A stretch of 64,000 nucleotides of DNA, taken from the NCBI GenBank assembly GCA_028023455.1, contig JAQFVV010000005.1:17174001-17238000 (forward strand), given 5' to 3'. Position numbers and translations under genes: made by a program. Below, one piece after another: positions 12,600-27,133 of this stretch (the stretch's first letter is position 1; every line of letters begins with the position of its first letter). The notes beneath the pieces are model-generated. The model was not told where the DNA came from. It saw only the letters and a list, made by a program, of their open reading frames with translations, and did no database searches. This DNA comes from Epiperipatus broadwayi. Taxonomy: Eukaryota; Animalia; Onychophora.

Positions 12600-14160
12600 C
12601 AATATAAAATATTAATCAAGAATTGCAGTGCTGATCTACATGATAACGCCAGAAAGATTAAGTCCGATTTAGGATGAGAGCTTCATCAACTTAAATGAAC
12701 TTGAGATTCGCCTGCTCTTGTGACAGAGCGGTATCTGAAGAAATGGTTGGTAGGGATTCCATGGTTCGGATTTCCGATGTTATCCCATGCAGAGCCTAAC
12801 TACAACCTGACACAATTCTGGAGTTGGTGCTTTCAAACTCCATTGAGAAATATGCCTTACGAAATGATCCGGGACCTTCGGGTATGAGTTTGACAAAGCA
12901 AGATATATGAATTTTGTAACGTTATCAAGGGTAAGCAACGCTAATAGGAGTCACATCTGTAATGACGCTGATATGTTAACTAAGGCCCTCGTAAATTAAT
13001 AAAATCTAGCATAATGACATGACAAAATTTAACCCATCCTTAAAGGTGGGAAATTGACCTTAAATATTAGTTAGAAAGTCAAAATTAAAAACGAGTGGGA
13101 ATATGTAGTTCCCTTCATTAGCCAAATATTAGTACGCTTAATGAATAGAAAATTACATAATAAAGTTATCACGCTAAATGGCGTAAGATGCAAATAATTG
13201 ATTATAAGAAAAGGGTAAGGTCCTTAAGCTTTACATTATATAATATTAAAATTCACTAAATCAATAGCATTAAGATAGTAATAAATTGATATCTTAAATA
13301 TGGCAGCAGATAATCTGCCATCAAACATATAAAGCAATTTAGTAACATTATTCAATCGAGTGTACTTTGAGTTTGGTAAGAAAGTTTACATTTAAGTATT
13401 TAAGATTTTATAATGGCGGAATAGAAAATTAAGATAAGATCGATTCGCTAGATTGAATTATTAGCATATTAAATCAAATATAATCAAACATAAAATAAAG
13501 TTAAAAGTTTGCCACATTTAAAATAATGATAGAAAGGGTGAAACCCAGCAAATACGTTTAGAAAATAAAATTATTGATTCGTGCATTATATTTTACAGAG
13601 AGAAAGTCATTACTTTATGAGATTTTATAATAATTGGCACTACCTCACCGATTATGAAATAGACAGAGAGTTACATTTTACTTTAAATAAATTAAAATAA
13701 ATAGATGGAGGTTTTAAGAGTTCATATTGGCAGCAGAGACAGGATTACCTTCTGTTATTTGAAGACTTGATGGCTGTACGGATTGATATGCGTATGGAAA
13801 AATAATTTGGAAAAACATGGTTGGCAATGCAGATTTTTGGAGAAATAATGGCTGGCATCTTTTAAGAGTTAAATCAACATTTAATTAAGACAGTCTTTAA
13901 GTGGCGACAGCATAGCAGCATAGCGGTATGGAGGCAATCTTGAAAAGATCGGGAAAGCAAATTTCTTCCACTACTCAGAAGTCATATTTTAAAAATTTGA
14001 GTGACGCAGTTTCGTTCTGCAACATCTGAAAATAAAGCACAGTGTGACTAGCATAGAATTTTGGGCTGTATTTATACGCTACCAAAACCTTTTAGAAATT
14101 TCTATTGCCCTGCCGCTGGCGAAGCCCGGATGTGCATTAACTGGCCTGACTGCACTTATC
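12600..14160 (+). mobile_element. Highly degenerate LINE-like RT remnant
   Basis: GC-elevated block with broken RT-like words (NLVTLFNRVYFEFGKKVYI; IMIERVKPS, compare GVKQG) and many stops. Confidence 0.3.
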
Positions 14161-17100
14161 CTTTGTTAACAGTTACATTTTAAAGATGACAACAAGATAA
14201 GTACTAGGGAGTATTGTTTCAATCTATTTCAAGTTTGGAAATAAATTCACGAGATATATTTTCCATTAATGTAGGATTTCTAAAATAAATCTACTTTACT
14301 AACAACATTTTAAAATTAAACAAGGTACGTTCTTTTGTTTACAAATCTAAGTTATGTTAATGACTTTCTAGAATTTTCTCTGGTATTATGTCAGCTTAAT
14401 AAAAATAATATATGAATTATAAAATAAATAAAAAAAAACATGAAATATTTAATAAAATCTAATATGATTTACAATATTTGCAGCTATCTGTGATACATAT
14501 ACCCACGACTATTTACAGTGGTGGAAATTTAAATATTTCTGAATTAAAACAACTATTATTTATTCAAATGAATGTTTAACTTACAGAACGGGCGGGGCTA
14601 ATCGCGTGCATAAGTGATTAACAAGCATATAAATGGGTTTAAACGTCAGGTTGAAGGTTTCTAATATCACCAGACAGTGAAGCAAAATAAGTATAACAGA
14701 TTTTATCGCTTTAATATGTTAAAACGTCTTTATATATACATATATTATTTCATATATAGCGTCCAATATTATCTGTGGGTGGGTGAGTAGGAAGAGCTTG
14801 AAATCAAATGGTATAGGTATAACAGTCTTACTACATACATTTTAATTACAGAATTATTTTCTCCTTGAGGCTTATTATTATTATTTTTTATAAAGCTAAA
14901 TAGAAAAGATCTGTTTTTTTTTTTTAATGCTACAATTAACATCAATCATAATAATTAACTTGTGGTTAACTTTTAAATATTCGATAATTTAATGAATCCA
15001 CAGGGGTCATCTCATTTTAACTGATTCTTTTAATATGTCAGGCCATTTCAATCTCTTCTCTAGACATGAATTAAGATTTTCTGAGCTTGATTCAGATATG
15101 TGTATTCCTAACCCACAAACTCAGAAATAAAACAATATGAGTTAATAGATTCTTTGAGTATTTTTTGCATTTGTTTAAGTTCCCAAAGGTCGAACTATTA
15201 ATTATGTTGATGGTATGTGAAGTTTTATATAAAGCTAAAATTTGTATTAGGAATAATAATTTATCTATTGTAAAATTGAGTGAACAGTAGCATCAGATAA
15301 TCATTCCATATTTAAATTCCCAGACTAATTTCTGGCTATTGATCTTCATCAATGAGTAACTTCCAAGTATGTTGTCCCAAATTCAGTGCTTCTCATTGCT
15401 GAAACCTAATACTAGAAAGCAGCATGTGCATTAGATGTAGCAATGCCGTTTACTATCTATAGATTACTCAAGTTTTTAATATATAACTTTCAATTAAATA
15501 GAATGAATTATTGATTTTAACAAAAGTGTTGAAAGAGTAAGTAGAGTGTTTAAAATTCATTTTAATTCTTCTTAAAAACTTACTCTCAAAAAATAGACTT
15601 GTCCTTACTACAGTGTTATCAAAATATCGGCTTGAACATACATAATATATTTAGCAAACGAAATAGTGATGAAAATAAATAAGTAGCTAATAGAATAAAC
15701 AGCCATTTAGAGAGGCACATGAATGAATCCGATCGTTTCCAATAAAGGAGATTATCTATATATATATTGGAAGTCCATTTGAGAGGGTAGGCAGACATCA
15801 GATAGATATATTGCCTGTTATTTGATATCGAGTGCAATTAGACCTATTCAAGTCTGGTCCAGAAAGTTTCTGGTTACTGACATCATTGTACTTGCAGATG
15901 AGGCGAGTCATATGTAAGCTGGAAGAATCAGACTTCAATGGGGAAATTTCAGCATTCCTTCCCAAGCATTAGTTGTACAGTTAACAACGAAACATTTGCA
16001 ATTCGATAACCATAATGGAAATGAATCTCTGCATTCAAACTATTATATATACCTTGTTACCTGTTATATAAATATTGTAAATATCTACAATAAATATCTT
16101 AACATTTATTTATTGAGTTGGGTGTTATTGAATGATCAGAATATTCCAGCTGTAATATCGATATAAACTCAAAGCAGAGAAAATTATTTCATTCATTTTA
16201 TACATAATAGTAGGAAAAAATTCTCTTTTATAAACCTGTTTAATGTGAAATTTTTTTTTAATCTTTTTTATTTTTTTATCTAAATAGATTATTTGTAAAA
16301 AATGTTTTTAAACTTTGTTAATATAATTGTACGTATCAAATGAACTTACATGCATCTATTTTACTATTCATTATTATTATTTAGGTGTTAAAATTTTTTT
16401 TATATTAGACGAGTCTCCATGGGGAAAAAAAGCAGTTTTACTTAATTTTTTTAAAATTTTGACTTTCATATTAATCAAAAGTTCATCAAAAATGGATGAT
16501 TTCAAATAAGATATTTGTTTCATATGCAGGTGCACACTGTTTGCAGGTTGGACTGCAGAAAATATCCATTTATCCTTTTCATTTAATTAGTACTGAACTG
16601 CGAAACATCACATGATCACCATTTCTTATGCTTGCTCGTAATTGTTACTCTGGCTTGCACTGAGTAGCACTACTGGATGGAGAGTTTTGCATGTTAGTAC
16701 TGGTTCATTCATCCTACTCAACACCAATAATATATTTGGAACAAATCATCTGTTTTTATTGGCACTGTTTAGAGCAATTTGGACTTCTGTTTTCTGATTA
16801 TGAAAAAAGTATTATTATTTATATGTATGGAGAATTAATAATTTGAACATTACATTTTTCGGGAAGATCAAATAGTTCTATTAAAATAATTTAATCAACT
16901 TTAAATTTTTACATTTATTACTCTCTAGTCAAAAAATTATTGAAATCCATGCCATTTATGTCAGGAATTACATTAGAAACTTTTGTGCATTAGTTTTGGA
17001 TATAATTCAAATTTATGCCTATTCATTAAGAATTTTTTTTGCAAGGTATGGTAATTAAATCATTTTTTTTAGGCCACATAGGAACAATTAAGATTCCTTA

Positions 17101-19399
17101 TAATTATACATTTTCTGTTAAGACTTTATTAAGTAAATAATCACATGGTTTATTGTTTGAGAAGTGACAGAGAGTTGAGCTTCAATCCAAGGATTTTTAG
17201 TTCCCAAGCTTACTACTGCCTTTGTACTAAACTGCTCAGGATGATATTTCAATGATACATTAAACATATGTTGAGAATAATTTTAACTTTTTTTTTTTCA
17301 AGATTTGGACAAGACTTTATCAGGGAAGTATCTGATACCAACAAATTTCCTCTAATCTCAAGGAATGCTTCTCTGTCTGATCATTTTAAACAGAATCATT
17401 TCTAAGAAGGTTCTAAATTTTTTATTCAAAAATGCAGAATGAAATTTCCTAGAAATGAATGATTATTAAAATTTTGTTATTGTTAGTTTGGTTATGGAGA
17501 ATGATGTATTTCTGAGAATCTATAATATCCTAATGCTTTCCTTCTGCCTTTGCAGTGATAAACAGTTTTTATTCCTACATGTGATTCATTTAGATCTTCA
17601 ATGCATTAAGTGTATTAATCATAGTTTCGAGATCTTTAATTCATTTGAGATCATAGCACCAATTTTATTTCAAATCATCAGAATATTACTCTGCTAATCC
17701 ATATACAGCATTAACCTAAAGTGTTTAAAATTGAACAATCTCTTAGATTTTTATTTTCTTTATGAAATATTTTTATTAATTTTCAATCAATCACCAATCT
17801 TTAATAATACTCAAAAACAAAAAATCATTTAGTATTTTTATATATATATATAGTTTTTGGAATTTTATTGAATTTTTTTAAAGAAAAAATAATTAATGTA
17901 TTCATTCATTTAGTATTAAGTACTTTGGTAGCTTAACCCTATAAATTTATGTATTCATGTATATTGTACTTTCTACAGCTAGATTATGGTCTGTTCCAGA
18001 TTTTTAAAAATAGAATTCACTTTTAGTATTATAATCAAGATATAGTAACTGGACTGATTATTGGCTTATATTCATCTAACTTAGAGATGAGGTTGCTATT
18101 TAAGATTTTTAAATTTAGCTTTTTCTTATTCACTCTTTGCTATATTCTTAGCTTGTATTAAGACTATTGGTGAAGATTGTTTCTTCTAGTTGATATAGAC
18201 TCACCTATGTTTAGGGATAGCTATATATTCATTTAATACCAAATAACAGAAACTTAACTGGATCAATTTCTTGAAGCCACTCTGCTTTGTTATAGAACTG
18301 TGGCTGAAAAAATGTGCCAAGTCATGAGAATGAGATTAATCACATCTGTAAGGAGAGGATTTATTATAGTCCTATGATCCACATGAGGAGTTAGTGCTAG
18401 GGGAAGTTAGTGAAAAATGAGAACTTAAACTTTACATGGTGGGTATTATATAAAACGGCAAAGGTTTAATATATTTGTTATATTAGTTTTTAAAATTAAA
18501 AATTAAACCATCCCTAGTGGTTATTTTATGTATGCTTGACATTAAACTTAATATTAATAAATACAACTCAAGAATTATATTTATTGTATGTATGTATTTA
18601 TATATCACAAAGTAACCAATTTTTTAATCTAGTAAAGTATTGAAAAGTTAAATCATGGTATGGAAACACTAATTTTTACCTAGATGATTTATATGCAACA
18701 TAATTTTAAATAATTATAAGTTGTAAAGGTTATAGAAAACATTTACCCTTTTTTCCCCATTTTTTATAGAACAATTTATTATTGGTATTAAAGTTGATGC
18801 TTCAGCCAAACTTCATTAACCTTTATCATAATTAATTACTAAATTTGGTTTTGACAGGAGAATGTGGATTTACAGTTTGAAATATTTGTATGATCAAATT
18901 CTTTCACACGGGGAAATTAGTAACAAAGAATTTTCTTGTAGATTTAAAAATCTGTTTTCTATTGTTAATTTGAAATAGAAGGTTTGGTCCTATTATAAAT
19001 TATGAAAAAATAGAGGCTTCTGTAACTATGGTCATGTCTTATTTAATTTTTCATTAGTTCACAGACTTATAAAAGTTTAGTTAATTTATAACAGTAATAG
19101 TTACTACATCTTGGATGTTTAATATGTATGTATATATAATAAGTGAATGATTAATCTCTGTACAATATATATTTATAAATAAAATTAAAGTACAATTTAT
19201 TTCATATAAATTACTATGGATCCAAATAATTTATTAGCCACCAGTTCTGATGATAAATATTTTACTCTATTCATTGGTACTTTATTCTGTATATGGACAC
19301 GCCTCAGAAATGCATGAGATAATAACATCATCATCTAAACATATAGTTTTTTTTTGATTTGTGAGGTTAAACTTCAGAGTGCCTGATAATCTTAAAAGG

Positions 19400-19850
19400 A
19401 TAGCATTGGCAAAAGAGATGCTTATTAAGAGAAAGAAAATATTTTGTAGATCCTGAAGAAATAATTAAGGAAAAAGATTAATGGTCAGGTATGGAATGTA
19501 TTATTGTATGGTAGTGAAACATGGACAATGAGTAAATGAATTAGAAACAGATTGGAACATTTCAAGATGAAGGATGTGAAGAAGTATGGAGAAAGTTATT
19601 TGGATAAATAAAATGACAAATGAGGAGCAAATGAAAAAAGATTAATTGAAGAAATTAGAGATAGAAAGGGAAACTGGGTTAGACATATATTACGAAGAAA
19701 GATTAGGTGAATGAATGATGTTTTGGAAAGAATGGTGAATAAAATAAGAAGAAAGGATGGAGAAGATTGATTTTGTTGAATGACATAAGAAATGAGAAGA
19801 GAAGTGTGGAATTGAAAATGTGGCCAATGAACAGAACAGAATGGAAAAAT
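19400..19850 (+). mobile_element. RTE-type LINE 3' end fragment
   Basis: Decayed translation such as LIEEIRDRKGNWVRHILRR resembles the RTE post-RT tail; similar to 24340-24620. Confidence 0.55.
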
Positions 19851-20169
19851 TGATGTTGGCAGTGTGACTACTCTAATCAATTTAAAGGATAGAGCACTAT
19901 TGATTTGTTGTTTTAGGTAGGTAAGGAACTACATATGGCAGAACTAGTGGTTGGTAAACTTTATCTATGCATGATGATTATAAATAATAATTGAATAACT
20001 TTATTGCTCAGAATTCTTAAGAAGTTCGAGCACCTGAAGTGACAGAGCTGGGCTATGATCCATAGACCTTGAGCTCCAGAGCCTTCCATTCTACCACTGC
20101 ATCAAACTACATTTATTAGTGCATTATAAATTTTATATTTCATGTAACTATTTATTTAATCATTTTCAA

Positions 20170-22290
20170 CTATTATCAATCCAACTTCTCTAATCTCTAA
20201 CCTTTCTTCTCCACATCACCCCAGCACACTTCTTTAGTTATCCATCTATCTCACATATGGTCTTTTTCTAAGTCTTTTACAGCTCTTGGAATCTTATTTA
20301 AGATTTCAACTGCTTATCTATTATTATCTCTTCTACCAATATATCCACCCAGCTCTACTTCAGTGTCTTAATTTTTTCAATGACGTCAATATTTTGTTTC
20401 TGATCTCTTCTTGTTATTCCTAACGTGCATATCTCCACATTTTGTTGAGTGGTCTGAAAGTCTTTGTATTGCACTCCTGTTAAGTACCCAAATCTCAGAT
20501 CCATAAGTAAGAACTGGTAAAACACATTTATTAAAAAACTTCCTTTTTAAACTCATATGCATATTTCCTTTTAATATTATTTCTACCAAAAGCACTTCAA
20601 CCAAGTTTAATTCTATAATTGATTTCATCCATTACATTTCCATCTATAGTAATAATCTGACCAAGATATTTGTAGTTGTTAACTTCTTTTAATTTATCAT
20701 TATCAATCTTTATTTTCTTCTTTTGAGAAAATCCATTGAACATTATTTAAGTCTTTTTAACGTTTACTTTTAATCCTACTTTCTTATTTTCATCTGTTAA
20801 CTCCTGCAATATTTCCTGATTCTCTAAAGCATTATTTTCAAAAACAACTACATCATCTGGAAAATCTAGATGACTTAAATAATCTCCATTTACTTTTACT
20901 CCCTTAGCTTCCCATTTTAAACCAAAAAAACACTTCTTGGAAAACTGCTGTAAAAAGTTGGATATGGAGTCACCCTGTTGTACACCCTTTTCAATGTTAA
21001 TTTTTTGAGTATCATTATGTAATCTAATCATTGTTGTAGCATTTTTATACTCTTCAGAATGTTAATCACTGAAGAAATGCTTATAGAATCAAATGTCTTT
21101 TCATAATCTACAAATCCAAAGCATAATAGCAACTCATATTCTTTGCTTCTTTTTGTATTCCCTCAATACTTGGATGTGATCCACTATACTAAAACCATTT
21201 TTAAATCCAGTTTATTCTTTTGGTTGGTTGAAATCCAAAGTTCGCTGTAGATGAGTTATAATTATCTTGGTAAAATTTTTATATAGAATTGATAAAAGAC
21301 TGATAGGTCTGTAATTTCTAATATCTTCTTTATCATTTTTTTTAAATATTAATATTAACACTGCATTCTTCCAATCATCTGGTAAATCTTTATCATTTAG
21401 ACATTTGGTATATAACTTTGCCAACATTTTTTCTATTTCTTCACTTGTTTCTTTTAAGATATCGATTATAATTCCATCATTACCTGGAGCTTTTCCCTTC
21501 ATTAATTTAATTGCATGGCTCAATTCTTCGTTTAAAATCCTGGGCAATTTAGAAGATATAATAGATGTAGGAGATACTTCTTCTTTATTACTATATAATT
21601 CTTGATAGAACTCTTCTATCCATTTTATGATGTCATTTCTCTTTTTAGTAATAGTTCCATCTTTTTTTCTTATTGCAGAAATAAGTTTTCTGCCAGTACC
21701 AAGATGTTGTTTTACACTCTTGAGACTTGTATTTTCTTCTATAACTTTCTTTGCTAGTTATAATTATATTTTCTTATGTCATTATCAACTCTTTTTCACA
21801 CCATTTTATAAAATTTGAGATATTCAATTCTTAATGCCTTATTTTTATATATTTTCATAATTCTTCTTTTTTCATAAATTGTCTTAGAAGAAATTTTACT
21901 GATTAATCACCACTTTATTTTATCAGCTATTTTTGTTGCAGTTTTTAAGTGTATGATTTATCTTCTTATTAGAGTCATTTAAATCTGCATCATGTTCATA
22001 ATTAACATTTGAAAACGATTTGCAAGTTCGAATTTAAATTCATTGGAATGTGTCTGAAAATTAGGAATATCAACTGTGAATATTGGTTTTCTTAATAATT
22101 TTTGTCTCTCTAATTTTGCATTATCATGTATCTTACATCTCCCTAATCTATGGTCACTTCCTGTATTGAATTTATTAAGAACATTACAATCTTGAAATAT
22201 GTATTTCCTGTTAGTCAAAAATATAATCCAATTCTTCTGTACCTTCATTTGGATAATTCCATGGTCGTTTGCATTTAATATTTTTCTCAA
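20170..22290 (-). mobile_element. RTE-clade LINE, frameshifted: endonuclease C-terminus, RT and 3' tail
   Basis: Successive minus-strand ORFs: LTNRKYIFQDCNVLNKFNTGSDHR (AP endonuclease); KAPGNDGI...DIRNYRPISLLSILYKNFTKII; KGVQQGDSIS; YLSHLDFPDDVV (YADD-like); CVLPVLTYGSEIW. Confidence 0.93.
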
Positions 22291-22633
22291 ATTCTATTTA
22301 GTAGATATTTATATATATTATAAAGGATAAAAAATTATTAAGCAGATAACAAAAAATAATAATTAAAACAATAAAAAAAGAAAATTAAATGTACTAGTTA
22401 ACAAAACTTTTATTTCCGTCAGTTTAAGACTTTTTTGAATCTACCAAGAAAAGAAAATAGCAACAGTAATCTTTAGGGAGACTGATTAAAAAAAAGACCA
22501 ATAATCTTGATAAAGAGTATTTTTTTTTTTTTTTTGTTTTACAACATACTTTTAATAGTATTAACCATATTTGTTAAAAAAATTATGAGGGAAAAAACAA
22601 CTTATTCTGTGCATTATTTTATTTGAATTATAG

Positions 22634-22743
22634 GTGGCAGTGATAAGAGTGCTGTAATCTTCAATAAAGATACTGAACAAGTAGTTGCCATTTTGAAAGG
22701 TCACACTAAAAAAGTTACTAATGTCATTTATCATCCTGAAGAG
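22634..22743 (+). CDS. PRPF19: PRP19 exon 5 in window (G-GSDKSAVIFNKDTEQVVAILKGHTKKVTNVIYHPEE)
   Basis: ttatag acceptor and gttagt donor; 110 nt; phase 1 matches the previous exon; WD40 LKGHTKKVT motif. Confidence 0.96.
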
Positions 22744-23299
22744 GTTAGTAAATATTTATGTGTATGTATTTGGTCTATTGTTTAATGCTTGTCATATATA
22801 AAATATCACCGATTGTGTAAAGTATTTGTTTTCACATTAGTGTGGGATTCTGATTTTCTTTATAAATCAATATATTTTATTAAATTTCTGTGTGTTTGAA
22901 AAAAAAAAGGCTTTCACAAAGAATTTGCCCTCAACACCAATTAGATTTATATTATGTAATCTTGTATAGATTATAGTGATAATAATAGTTTTCTATAGAA
23001 TCTTCGTGAATCAACTTCACTTCCTGGTAATTTGTAAGAATTTAAAACAATATCTAAGTAGTTATCAAATTGCTATCACATTAATAGATATTATAATCCC
23101 TCGTATTTTACTTGCCTAGGATAATTATTACATTAATATTTTCCAAAAGCAGGTCCTATATACCAAACTTAACATTTTATTCAAGCTTTCTTTTTTGTTC
23201 TATTCTTAAACATAAGCTTTTTTTTTATTTTTTTATTAAAATTATCAGTTAATTTCTTTTAATTTTTTTTTATTTTAACTAGAATCTTGCAATATATTC

Positions 23300-23560
23300 T
23301 ATCTTTAATAATGTGAGCAATCTAACATTTTTCTGGTTCATAATTTTCTCACTGAATACTTTGTTTTTTATTTCTTTCTTTAGCATTACTAATGTTATTC
23401 TTTCTGTTTGCATTTTTGATTCAGATACAAACCCCATTTCAGAAACCTTCATTTTTTTAGTTCTCTTTTTTCTAATTGTCATGCCATCTCCCAGTTATGG
23501 ACAAACTTCATGTTTTGTATTTTTTGAAATTTGTAGCTTTATATGATTATAGAGTTACAA
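23300..23560 (-). mobile_element. RTE-type LINE 3' fragment
   Basis: Minus strand ...TIRKKRTKKMKVSEMGF... resembles the RTE tail AWTL.K....I...EM.FLR. This explains the ORF at 23279-23482. Confidence 0.5.
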
Positions 23561-24339
23561 ACTACTCTCCTGAAGTTTCACAAAAGATTTAGTTAATAAA
23601 TATTTTAATAAAGATTTTTCTCAGGAAGTGTTGTGTTTTACAAAAATTTTTATTGAAGTTGGAAAATCAGTTTGTTGATATGTTTGTTTAGAAAAATCAC
23701 ATGATGTTTGTGTAACATCAGTGGTAGAGTTGTAAAAGGTAGATTGATATTTATTTCCAATTTTGTTTCATTACTTTATTAATATGAAAGCATAAATGAT
23801 GTATTTACTATTGAAGGAAGAAGAGTTTCTTGACTCAGACCATACTTCAGTACATGTGAATAATGAGAATGAATTCAACCTGATTATCAATAGGAAAGAG
23901 ATGTTTATAAGAAGTTTGAATTGAAAATAAATGTCTGCAGAACTTAAATTATAGACTGTAAGAACAAACATTTTATAATGTTAGTTGATTAGAATATCAC
24001 AGTCATGTTTTTAAATATTGAAGAAGTTTGTCAGTGAAGATGAAGTCAGTGAAAAAGCGACTGAAATTAGAATTGTGATGATTTCTTAAAAAGCATTTAA
24101 CATGATTTTAACCATCTTATCATCTGCAGTTTCCTTGGTATCACTTTATATAATTGCCATAACAACCAAAGAAAATTGGGAATTAAAAATAAAACAGAAA
24201 ATAATAGTAATTAAAAACTGAGTATCTTGTGGGGATTAGTGCAGTGGCAAAGTGCAGATGTGATAACCCATAATCTTGAATTGAAACTCAATTTTGTCAA
24301 AAGCAAGTATTTTGCATATTGTTGCTACTGCAGTTAAGA

Positions 24340-24620
24340 AAAAGATCTATTACAATGTTTCAAAATAATTTAGTTTTATATTGTGCAGAATCTTGGATCG
24401 TTAGGAAAAGGTAAGAAAAAAAATGGAAGTCTTTGAGAATGAATTGGTGGAAAATAATGTTAGAAACATCAAAAGAAGTGATTGAGAATAAAATATTCAT
24501 TGAAGAAATTAAGAAAAGAAAAAGAAATTGGATTAGACATATTTTCAGAATCAAGATATTTGTGAGGGATATATTGGAGAAATCCGTTCAGAGATGATGA
24601 TGCAAAAAAATAATACTAGA
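24340..24620 (+). mobile_element. RTE-type LINE 3' fragment
   Basis: VLYCAESWIVRK...FIEEIKKRKRNWIRHIF, a typical RTE tail. Confidence 0.6.
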
Positions 24621-25082
24621 TCATTTTCAAGAAGGGATTAAAATGAGAAGAGCTAGAGGCAAATAGACTTGAAAAGGTGATATAGGTTGTTAATAGAGAA
24701 CTAGTAATGAAAATTAAATAATTTAAAGACTGCCAGGATGGAAGATATCAGATGGACAATTGGATTGATAGATTGAAATAGAAAAAGAAATTCCAGTTGA
24801 TTCTAACAGTAATATAATACATAAATATGTTGAAAAGAAATATGAAAACTTTATGATTAATTTCTTTGAAAGAGATGCAACGGTCCTATAAGATTTTGTA
24901 TTGTTTGCTCATTGGTTTGATATATTGAAAATTGTTATGAGTTTTTGTCTTTAACAGCAGTTTTTAACTTTAGTAATAAAAAATATCTGCAATGAATACT
25001 AATATTATCACTTCTATTGGATTTTAAGATCAGGTATTCTTGACTAATTATTTCATCCACTTAATATGAATGGTATAGCATC

Positions 25083-25166
25083 GGCCGGGAAGCAAACCCA
25101 TGATAATTGTTTGCAACCAACTGCTTGCTTGCAAGGCAACTACACTGACCTCTCGGCTACCACTGC
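25083..25166 (-). mobile_element. tRNA-derived SINE head
   Basis: On the minus strand, GGTAGCCGAGAGGTC (A-box-like) is followed about 50 nt later by GGGTTTGCTTCCCGGCC (B-box-like). No complete cloverleaf. Confidence 0.5.
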
Positions 25167-25858
25167 TTGATAAATTTTTAAAGTCAAGAATGCAGAGAAC
25201 TGTTCATCATCATGTTCAATATTATCTCTAAAACAGAAGTCATACAGAGTACTTTCTCTACAATACAAGAATCGGAGCAAAGAATTAAAGAAGATTATTG
25301 AGGAGAAAAATACAGATAGAAAATTTGGAAAACATTGTGACCAATGCCGTTGGAGAGATTTTAGATGATAAATAAAAACAATATTACTTGAATAAAAGTA
25401 TGGCACAATAATGCATCATCACAAAAATTGTCTAGATTTTTGTTAATATTCTGCTAATTGATCTAACTTATTCTTCCTTAATTTATATAGTTTGAGTCTT
25501 AAGAATTCAGTGAATGATAATACTTTTCTTTTCATGAACAATCTTTTCAGAAACTTTTTATCATAGTTTCTTAAATGTGGGAGATAAATTGCTACATTAC
25601 TTTAGTGGTCTTCTCAAAGTTTGTTTTATATTCTGAGGGTTTTAATTTTTTAAACTTTTATATTAAATTTGATTATCTAGCTCTGTGCTTGGCTCCATTC
25701 TCCTAAATTCTGTGATCTACAATTGTCTGAAATCATTTTTTACTGAAAGATATTTTTGGAATGCAAAGCTAAAATATAGGCTATGTATTAGTTTTCTTTA
25801 TTATTTATTGACTTGTAGGATCATGTATATATATCCCCTATAATTTTTTTGTATTTAG

Positions 25859-26014
25859 GAAATAGTATTCACTTCATCACCCGATACAACCATTCGGGTT
25901 TGGTCTGTGACCAATGCTTCATGTTCTCAAGTAATAAAAGCTCATGATGCACCAGTGACCGGACTCAGTCTTCATGCCACAGGAGATTATTTACTGAGTG
26001 CTTCTACTGATGAG
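25859..26014 (+). CDS. PRPF19: PRP19 exon 6 in window ([17 protein letters not shown]...[14 protein letters not shown])
   Basis: atttag acceptor and gtaatg donor; 156 nt; WD40 repeats match PRP19. Confidence 0.96.
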
Positions 26015-26255
26015 GTAATGTTAAAATGTTTGTATTTGGTTTGTGTCATTTTTTTTTGTAACTAATTAAAATTAAAAAGTTTGCTATTAATTTATCAATG
26101 TTTGAAATTTTGTTTGTTCCTGTGATCAGTAATTGTTTGTGTTAAAAAAATAATAATTGTATATAATATTAATTATTTTTATGATTTTTATTTTATATTT
26201 CAGATATAACATTTTTGCTATTTTGTATGTTTTATGACATTGTTTTATTTTACAG

Positions 26256-26325
26256 CACTGGGCATTTTCTGATATTCGAACGGGCAGAGTTTTAACAAAA
26301 GTTGCCGATACATCTTCACAGCATG
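26256..26325 (+). CDS. PRPF19: PRP19 exon 7 in window (HWAFSDIRTGRVLTKVADTSSQH-)
   Basis: ttacag acceptor and gtatga donor; 70 nt; matches WAFSDIQTGRVLTKV. Confidence 0.96.
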
Positions 26326-26654
26326 GTATGAGTTGTTATTTTTTAAAATGTATATATCATAGATGAAATTTATTTTTGCATTACTATTTGTGATTATAAA
26401 ATATATGTTGCGATAATGATTTTATAATAATTCATATATAAACATGCAAAACTCTCCATACAAATGGTGATCATGTGACATTTAGTGGTTTATTCATCTA
26501 TAAAATGTAATATCGTTTATTATACAAAAACATCTACATTATTGGCCAAAATCTTTTTATGAATTAATAATTTTTTTTACTAATGTATAGTGTGAGTTTT
26601 TTTTTTGATAAATAAAAAAAAAAAGTTTATTTGGCTAGGCCATAATTCAGGATT

Positions 26655-26960
26655 ACACTGGTCTAAATGTGTTTTTCATTGTTCAAAGTACTCCGGAAAC
26701 AAAAAATAATAATAATAATAATAATTGAGACTTTTTTCATTCAAGATGCTAAAAAAAAAATTGCATGAAGTGAGATTGAGTGAATATGGCAAATAGATAA
26801 GTTGAGTCATGCTGAATTTAATTATAAAGTGTTTTCCATTCAAGATGACACTTTGTTGGGGTGAAGATTGTATTCCTCTCTTTGCCACAAAACAGGTTCC
26901 ATATCACGTAAATGTTTCAGTATTTGCAGATAAAATACAAACTAAATCTGAAAGAAAAAT
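26655..26960 (-). mobile_element. Degenerate mariner transposase remnant
   Basis: LQILKHLRD..PVLWQ...LHPNKVSS (compare LHHDNAPAH) and TQLIYLPYSLNLTSCNFFF (compare HPPYSPDLAPCDFFLF). Confidence 0.6.
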
Positions 26961-27026
26961 GCCATTTGCTTAAAAAAGAAATCGGTGTTGTTTTGATTTT
27001 GTACCATACTTGCAACACTTTTTAAG

Positions 27027-27133
27027 ATAAACAAGGCAAAACTCTCCATACAGTAGTGCCAACCAGAGTAATCAATGGATGCCATTGATTACTCTGGTTG
27101 GCACTACTGAATAGAGAGTTTTGCCTTGTTTAT
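27027..27133. repeat. Near-perfect 107-nt hairpin derived from a dispersed repeat family (copies at about 10260-10335+, 16590-16695-, 26445-26495+ and 41401-41460+)
   Basis: 52-bp stem with 2 mismatches and an ATG loop. Family motifs are gcaaaactctccatacagtagtgcc and cataagagatggtgatcatgtga. Confidence 0.85.
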
